From contig OX597823.1 of the NCBI GenBank assembly GCA_951406725.2, positions 46,252,001 to 46,316,000 on the forward strand: a stretch of DNA of 64,000 bases. Reading direction: 5' to 3'. Origin of the DNA: Octopus vulgaris. Its lineage: Eukaryota. Within the stretch, counting starts at the first letter, position 1. Every line of letters begins with the position of its first letter. The notes under the pieces are model-generated. The model saw nothing but the letters and a program-made list of their open reading frames with translations, was not told the DNA's origin and ran no database searches. Both the position numbers and the translations under genes were made by a program. This document shows, piece by piece, positions 55,975-64,000 of this stretch.

Positions 55975-56205
55975 GGTTGGTAGAATCATTAGCACGCCGG
56001 GCGGAATGCTTACGGCATTTCGTCGGTCTTTACATTCAGAGTTCAAATTCTGCCGAAGTCGACTTTACCTTTCACCCTTTTGTAAAATTGGATTTTTATA
56101 TCACCTTTCGGATAAAATAAGCACCAGTGAAACACTGAAGTTGATGGTAATAGACTAGTCCCCTCCCCACAAATTTCAGGCTTTGCCTTTAGTAGAAAGG
56201 GTTAT
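55973..56205 (+). mobile_element. Group 2 SINE
   Basis: Head, GAGTTCAAATTC B box and core. Confidence 0.8.
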
Positions 56206-56221
56206 CATTATTATTACTATC

Positions 56222-56272
<51 letters not shown>

Positions 56273-56273
<1 letters not shown>

Positions 56274-56840
56274 GAGTGAGAGAGCAGTGCATGCCATCAA
56301 AGTGACACTGGGGTAAAATATACGAAGCCCAATATACCCATCATGACTACCCGTCTGATAAGGGTACACCAGGCACATGCATCACAACCATATGTGCGCG
56401 ACATGGTGATCTCATATCAAGATAAACAGCACATGGCCTTGCAGGTGGGGCCCAGTTAGAATTTTCTTCAGGTTGAGCAGCCCATCTCGCTCAAAAGGTC
56501 CCTGAATAAGGGTTGTTTAAGGATGTTGAAAGAACCACCCATGTTTCCAGAGGTGAATTATTCAAACCCCAAACAATCCCTCTCAACACATGGCTATGAT
56601 GCTACCCCACTACTTCTGCTCGTGATCAGAGATGCACATATCGTTAGCCACTAAGGGACATGCTCAACTGGTTAAGGTCAAACAACTGACAAGCAAAAAC
56701 GTTAGCGCGCCGGGCGAAATGCTTAGCGGTATTTGCTGTAGCCCATCTTTTATACCAAGACAAATCAATGTACATGATAACACTTCCAATCAGTTAAGAT
56801 CAGAAGCCATGGGAGCCACTGCCCGGTACTGCATCAGGGC

Positions 56841-56843
<3 letters not shown>
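56273..56843 (-). mobile_element. ~560-bp non-coding TAA-associated repeat, copy 2
   Basis: Full-length, with (TTA)n on both flanks. Confidence 0.88.
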
Positions 56844-56925
<82 letters not shown>

Positions 56926-58019
56926 GATCATTTTGTTTATCATATACATGTCTGTGTGTATTCATTATCATTTTATTCCATTTAAAAAAAATGAAGCATG
57001 TCTGACAATTCCAGAGTGTATTGAACACATTTTTGTGCGGGACTTTTGATCCACCCACTAGAATGGTGGTAAGGGATTGGAAAGTGAGAGAGAAATTGAT
57101 TTGGATCATTTGCAAAGGCAGCTGACAAATGGTCATTCAGTCTACAGAAAGTAGCAGTTAAAATTCTCACAAATAAAGGTTATAGCTCCTAGCTATAAGA
57201 ACAACCGGATTATCTCGGCAGGAACGTCTTTCATCCATAGTTTATCAACAATACCCGAACTTCGAACTAACGAGGCTAAGTCTCTGCAGGGGCAGAATCA
57301 AGCTAGCTATCATAGTTAATTTTCCTCTCGGAACATATTATACCGTCTTTAATTAGGAAAAGATACACAGGAAAAGCTTGACCAACATAGACAAACAGAA
57401 CAGATTATACACACACATACACGCACAAACACGTGTGTATGTGTGTGTGTGTTTTAGTGTAATGTATATCTATAATAATAAAAGAGAAATCCTCTCTGTT
57501 CATCCGGGACCCCTACATTTGCTCTACATAGACATATTATACCTTTATGGAATTAGAATGATCCCAGGATTGATAATCTACCCTTCATTTGGTTTTTGAA
57601 CAACCAGCATTGGGATCTGATTTAAAAGCATTTGGGTTGCTATTTCTAGCAGGTAAAACTTGGCTGATTCATACAATCCTGGTTGGTGTTTGTCAGATGA
57701 CGTCAGAGATAAAGGGGGAGATAACTGACATTCACTAGGTTAATTTTATGTCAAGACAAGAACTTTGGGACAAATTGGCCAACAGTTGGATTTCAATTTG
57801 GGACTGGAACGATAGAATGATTGTATTAGAGAATTAATTCTCATCCATCCTCTGATCATTATAGACGTATTATACTCATGCTATTTATCTCTCTTTAGTT
57901 TTCGGCTGCATGACCTGACCGGAGTGCGGCTTTTAAGCTAGTCCTGATTAAAGGGAAGCAAAGGACCACTTTAGAAGTCTTTGTTTCTTATTGCAATACT
58001 TATAACGAGGACAAGATAG

Positions 58020-58228
58020 CAGCATTATCATCATTGTCGTAATCATCGTCATCGTCATCATCATCAATTGAATTGCAACAATAACGACAACAACCACAGT
58101 AGCAACAGCAACAACAACAACCAATAGCAGCAGTTATAACAACATTAAAACAATATCACATGATAATGATGATCGTGATGATGATGACGATGATGACGAT
58201 GATGACGATGATGATGATGATGACGTTA

Positions 58229-58268
<40 letters not shown>

Positions 58269-58286
58269 CGACGACGTTAATGATGA

Positions 58287-58320
<34 letters not shown>

Positions 58321-58397
58321 GGTGGCAGTGGTGGTGGTGGTGGTGATGTTGATGATGATGATGGTGGTGATGGTAGTGGTGGTGGTGGTGGTGATAG

Positions 58398-58486
<89 letters not shown>

Positions 58487-58500
58487 GTGGTGATGATGAT
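58020..58500. repeat. Trinucleotide mosaic (CAT/CAA, then GAT/GAC/GGT)
   Basis: Read directly. Confidence 0.92.
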
Positions 58501-59044
58501 ATTTTTCAACTAAGTAACTCTCAGTTTCTCCTTGATGACCCTTTCCCAAAGCATTACAATATATATTTTTAGATGACGATTGCTCGCAAGTAAACTGATC
58601 ATGTTAACTTCCTGAGTCACTGAACTTAAAGCAAGAATGAACTATATTTAATGACGGCGTCTCCGACAAGATCGATATCACATGCAATAATGTTTGTTAA
58701 TAAAATAATTCTTGAGAATATTTATCAAAGACAGGAAGATTCAAGTTCATAATTGAATAATCATTCCGACAGAGCAAAATCTCATATTGTATGGAATGTA
58801 ACTATCTGCATTGGAAGGGAAGAAGAGTATGGTAGTTCTGAAGCTAATTTCCTTGTTGGTTTTCTTCTTGTTTTGATTAACCTTGAGCAGAAGACGTATA
58901 TGATGTAACAAAGAAAATGCTAGAATCAATAACTGCAATGACAAATTGACACCAGGAAGTCTCACTACAACTATATACAATCTGCGAGTTTCAACAACGG
59001 ATGTAGCACACACATAGATACATGAACATCAACACACACACACA

Positions 59045-59475
<431 letters not shown>

Positions 59476-59881
59476 TTTGATTAATGAAACAGACAGAAGA
59501 TGGGAGATACGAGAATGTTTCTTAATCACTACAATTGTTTCGACCCATCAGGTGTATACCATGCGATTTATTATCTAATAATATGTGTGCATGTATGTAT
59601 GTGTATATGTATGTATGCTTGCATGTATGTGTGTATGTATGTGTTTGTGTGTGTATGTGTGCATGTATATGTATGTATAACTATCTATATACCCATGTTT
59701 GTGTGTGTATGTGTGCATATGCGTGGCGTAACGTAAAGTGTAGATTCTCTCTACACATACCTCTAACATCAAAGGATCACGTCCGGCTATAAAACACTGA
59801 GTGGTCAAACATAAAGTAGCAGGAGGCGGGAGAATGACCTACTGTGACCCTATTTAATAGTTAAAATTTTATTCGTGCATA

Positions 59882-60380
59882 GGGAGGTGACCTGGTAGCG
59901 TGGTTATCGCTCCGGGAAAAATGCTTAACATCATTTCGTCCGTATTTACATTCTGAGTTCGAATTTCGCCGGGGCCGACTTTACTTTTTTATTATTCGGG
60001 AATCGATAAAATAAGTCCTGGGTTGATATTCCCCTCCCCTAAAATTTCTGGCACACACACACATGTAAATAGATGCAGACGTGGCGGCTATGTTGTTAGA
60101 AGCTTGTTTCTTAACCACATCGCTCCCTGCTCAGTTCTACTTCGTATCACCTTAGGAAAGTATCTCCTGCTTTAGCCCTGGGTCGACCAAAGTCTTATAA
60201 GACAGAAACTGAAAGAAGTGTGTGTGTATGTGTGTGTGTGATAGATAGATAGGTACATATGTATGAATGTAATGTTTGTGTCTATAAATGTACACCACTT
60301 GTGTACGTTTGTGTTTGTCTGTTTTCAAGGCAGTGTCCCAATATGGTTGCAGCGCAATGACTGAAATAAGTAAAGTATAA
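59882..60380 (+). mobile_element. Group 2 SINE (59882-60052) followed by a group 1 SINE (60075-60380)
   Basis: Homology to the other copies in the window. Confidence 0.75.
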
Positions 60381-60438
60381 AAGATGCTTGCGTGTGTATA
60401 TATATGTGTGTGTGTGTGTGTATATGTATATATGTATG

Positions 60439-60492
<54 letters not shown>

Positions 60493-60509
60493 TTAATAAA
60501 TAAAATAAA

Positions 60510-61150
60510 ACATATGCATGTATACATACATATATGTACATACCTTCCTCTACATGCATATATGGGTACAGGACACCAAAAAAACGTCGAACACAATGAG
60601 AAACGAAAACATAAACACAAAACCAAGGAAATGGACATTTTTCTTAAACAACGAAAAAATAGAGTACAGGACATACAATACAAGGAAAATTCCCCTTCTT
60701 CAGTCGCCTTTGTTTCATCTACTCCGCGTTTCGAAGGTCAAGGCGAGACACGACTTTAATAAAACATTACTTCCTGCGAAAAGGAAATTAAATAAAATTT
60801 GATATTTTTTTGCGGGGGTGGGGCTAAAAATGGTAACAAAAACAGGACAGTAACCACAGTACAAAATAGAAACAGTAAAAGACAGGACAAGGAGAATAAC
60901 AGTAACACAGACAAGAAGGGCTGTTAAGCCAAACGAGATAAAATATTACGAACGCTATTTTTGAGAACGGCGAAGGAGCCACAGAAAATGCCGTCAACAC
61001 TTGAAGAAAGCCAGGTCAGAAAGACAGTAGCAGAGCTCTCGTCGCGGGTCAACAACGGGAGGGAGGAGGAGGAGCAAGAGAAAGGGAGAGAAAAGAGGGA
61101 ATGGTTGTAGAGAAAATCAGAAAAAATGAAGGATGAGAGAGAGAGAGAAG
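60510..61150 (-). mobile_element. Diverged copy of putative Penelope-derived family C
   Basis: Reverse complement shares TTAACAGCCCTTCTT, TCTCCTTGTCCTGTC, CCTTCGAAACG and GTGTCCTGTAC blocks with 7580-8300. Confidence 0.65.
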
Positions 61151-61249
61151 GAGAGACATTTATATATAAGATTTCAGAGCTGTCAGCTAAATGGGCTAAT
61201 AGCCTCCTCTAAACAACCCGATTGTCCACCTTCCTCCTATCTTCTCTTT

Positions 61250-61720
61250 AGCCAATCCCCATCAATATTATGTTTTCCCAGAACGTACAACGCCACCTCT
61301 TCCGTTTTCTCAGAGTTTTCTTCCTTCAGACGTGCAGCACAATGACATTTGTAGCATACCACTCCTGCAGTAATCCAAGCGTATGTCCTGTAAACCATAT
61401 CTGTCGGATAGTCACTATGTCCTGCAAAATGCCCATACCAGTTCTTTCTATCAGTTTCTTTGTTTCTCACTATACGCCATTAAGAGATGCCTAGATTTAA
61501 CGGCAGCATCGATGGCACACATCTAGCAGTTGAGAGGCCTTCACTGCTTTCTTCATAGTTTCATAACAGCAGCTTTATCTTCTTACTGATGATCTTCGAT
61601 ATCCATATTACACGAAGGCTTCGGAACGCTGACGTTGCTTTACCTATCCAGGTCTTGACTACTGCATCATCACCCTCGCTCAAATACAACTTCCAAGACA
61701 CGGAAATTCATCGACGTACA
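61250..61720 (-). mobile_element. Decayed RTE LINE, RT C-terminal fragment
   Basis: VDEFPCLGSCI (V..F.YLGS.I motif) and RKNWYGHFA (RL.W.GHV motif). Confidence 0.6.
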
Positions 61721-62117
61721 CCTAAGAAAAGCATGCATTAGAGACAGATGTGTACCCTAATTCCTAACTTGATGATTCTTGCCGACAAATATATTTACAC
61801 ATCAGTCTCTGTTCTGTGTGTATTTCGCTTAGGCATTGTGAGACTAATAACATGGTGTAGTAGAACTCAGTATACATATGCATATGTTTCAGAACGAAGC
61901 GTTCGTCAAATACAGAGCGGAAATAATAAAATGAGATGACAATGGAATAAACGATTATCGCATGCACTTTATTAGCTTACATATCTTTCTGTTATAAGAA
62001 GCAGTGGACTCATAGTTGAGTACCTGAAGAGAGAGAGAAGAGGGAGAGAGAGGGGGAGAGAGAGATAGAGGGAAGAAGATAATCATATTTCACACTGGTA
62101 AAAATATAAAAAAGCAG

Positions 62118-62300
62118 AAGTTGAAAATCCACTGAGAGTCTTTTAGATTGTTTATTTTTGAAGACTTTACCGGTTTCACAAATTTTCTAAATCTCAAAAG
62201 TCGTTTCAAAAGTTAACTTTTGAAAATCAGAAAAATCTGTGAAACCAGTTAAACCTTTAAGAATAAACTACCTCAAAGACTCTCAGTGCATTTTCCACTT
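62118..62300. repeat. Imperfect ~180-bp foldback, putative Penelope-like family D
   Basis: AAGTTGAAAATCCACTGAGAGTCTTT...GGTTTCACA pairs with TGTGAAACC...AAAGACTCTCAGTGCATTTTCCACTT; internal palindrome TTTCAAAAGTTAACTTTTGAAA at 62204-62225. Confidence 0.8.
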
Positions 62301-62305
62301 TATAT

Positions 62306-62394
<89 letters not shown>

Positions 62395-63130
62395 TATATC
62401 AAAAGGATGTGTTATAAAACTATTCCACATAAACAAGAACAGCCATACCAGCAATCCAACATACCTCCATCATCAGTTGCTCCCCAGATAACATTATGGT
62501 TTCGAAATTTGGGCAATACCATTCAATCCGGCAGTGTCAACAGCTCTAAAATAAGTGTTGTTTGGGAACATACATACCAAGGAAACTACAGCTTCCAAAC
62601 ACATTTACCCTATGTACAACAGTATCGGTAAATAAATTCAATAAGTAAATCTATAAGTAACTCCTAAATATGTAACTAAACAGCGACAAAACTTTTAAGA
62701 CATACAAAAATATTCCCTACAGGCTTCCATAGTATAATATAACAGTGAAAGCTTAATAACCACATTCATTCAATTTAAATATAGGCAGGATTAAACATTG
62801 CCTTTAAAATCAAACTACAACAAAGAAACTCATAAATCTATGTACATCTGTATCGGTATTAATAGTAAACCTCCAATAACTAAATTATATACTAAATAGC
62901 GACTAATCTTTAAGTCCATACAAATAATAATCCCACCAGTCTTCCATAGTTACTACTATAATAAAGTAACGGCGAAAGCTTAATATTCAATTCTCTCCAA
63001 AACAAAACAAGATTGAATTTAATTTAATGAACAATATAACAGTTACGAATGAAATACATTATTTCATAATTCAAAAGCCCATAATAAAAACACTACATAC
63101 TCATTATTACATATATATATATATATGTAT

Positions 63131-63600
63131 TGAGTGGGAGAGCAGTGCATGCCATCAAAGTGACACTGGGGTAAAATATACGAAGCCCAGTATGCCCTAC
63201 ATGACTATCCGTCTGACAAGGGTACACCAGGCACATGCATCACAACCATATGTGCACGACATGACGATCTCATATCAAGAAAAACAGCGCATGATCTTGC
63301 AGGTGGGGCCCAGTTAGAATTTTCTTCTGGTCGAGTAGCCCATCCCGCTCAAAAGGTCCCTGAATAAGGATTGTTTAAGGATGTTGAACGAAACAGCCAT
63401 GTTTCCAAAGGTGAATTATCCAAACCTCCAAGAATTCCTTTCAACACACGGCCATGATGCACCCCCACTACTTCTGCTCATGATCAGAGATGCACATATC
63501 GTCAGCCACTCAGGGACATGCTCAACTGGTCAAGCTCAAACAACTGACAAGCAAATCTGTGGTATTGAGCAGAATATTTGCTGTAGCCCATCTTTTATAC
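63131..63600 (-). mobile_element. ~560-bp non-coding repeat, copy 3, truncated at its right end
   Basis: Lacks the last ~85 bp; the junction has a duplicated CATCTTTTATAC, followed by (TTA)n. Confidence 0.85.
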
Positions 63601-63635
63601 CATCTTTTATACTGTAGCCATTATATATATATATA

Positions 63636-63708
<73 letters not shown>

Positions 63709-63711
63709 CAC

Positions 63712-63868
63712 ATACGACGGACTTCTTCATTTTCCGTCTACCAACTCCACTCAAAAGGCTTTGATCGACTCGAGGCTATAGCAGAAGACACTTGCCAAAG
63801 TTGCCACACAGCGGGACTGAACCCAGAACCATGTGACTGGGAAGAAATCACCCACACCAGTGCCTGTA
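63712..63868 (-). mobile_element. Group 1 SINE head
   Basis: GGGTTCAGTCCCGCTGTGTGGCAACTTTGGCAAGTGTCTTCT on the minus strand. Confidence 0.8.
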
Positions 63869-64000
63869 CGTCTATCAATTCAGATGAAAAGGCTAATGGC
63901 TTTGTTGTCATAGATAACAATTAAAATTAGGCCTGATGATAGTGGAAGTAATGATTAAATCAGAGTGAAGTTGAGTAAAATTTTGAAGACTGTATTTATT

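Noticed and set aside
57698-57705. Perfect CRE palindrome TGACGTCA
   Set aside because: A single 8-mer in 64 kb without promoter context is compatible with chance.
62400-63000. ORF tail 62400-62631 and weak ~220-bp periodicity (CTTCCATAGT...GAAAGCTTAATA twice)
   Set aside because: The ORF depends on read-through of an (AT)n tract and matches no known motif; the periodicity is too degenerate to interpret.

Overview
Eukaryotic, AT-rich, repeat-saturated DNA. It is most likely an intronic or intergenic stretch of an octopus (coleoid cephalopod) genome; this rests on recalled SINE families and microsatellite content, not on a database search. No intact host protein-coding gene is recognisable, and nearly all supplied ORFs are microsatellite translations or decayed transposon fragments. 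The window holds: many R4/Dong-type non-LTR retrotransposon pieces tied to (TAA)n tracts, including one near full-length decayed copy at about 20.0-23.8 kb; RTE LINE remnants; three tRNA-derived SINE groups; mariner remnants; MITEs with clear target-site duplications (TSDs), one carrying telomeric repeats; and Helitron-type non-autonomous elements. The most interesting signals are (i) several short inverted-repeat, Penelope-like non-coding families carrying minimal hammerhead ribozyme motifs, with a near-intact one at 33775-33820, (ii) a ~560-bp non-coding element repeatedly found at TAA tracts, a possible Dong/R4 parasite, (iii) a perfect 273-bp inverted repeat, and (iv) a candidate promoter plus first exons at about 38.08-38.32 kb. 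Boundaries of decayed elements are approximate.
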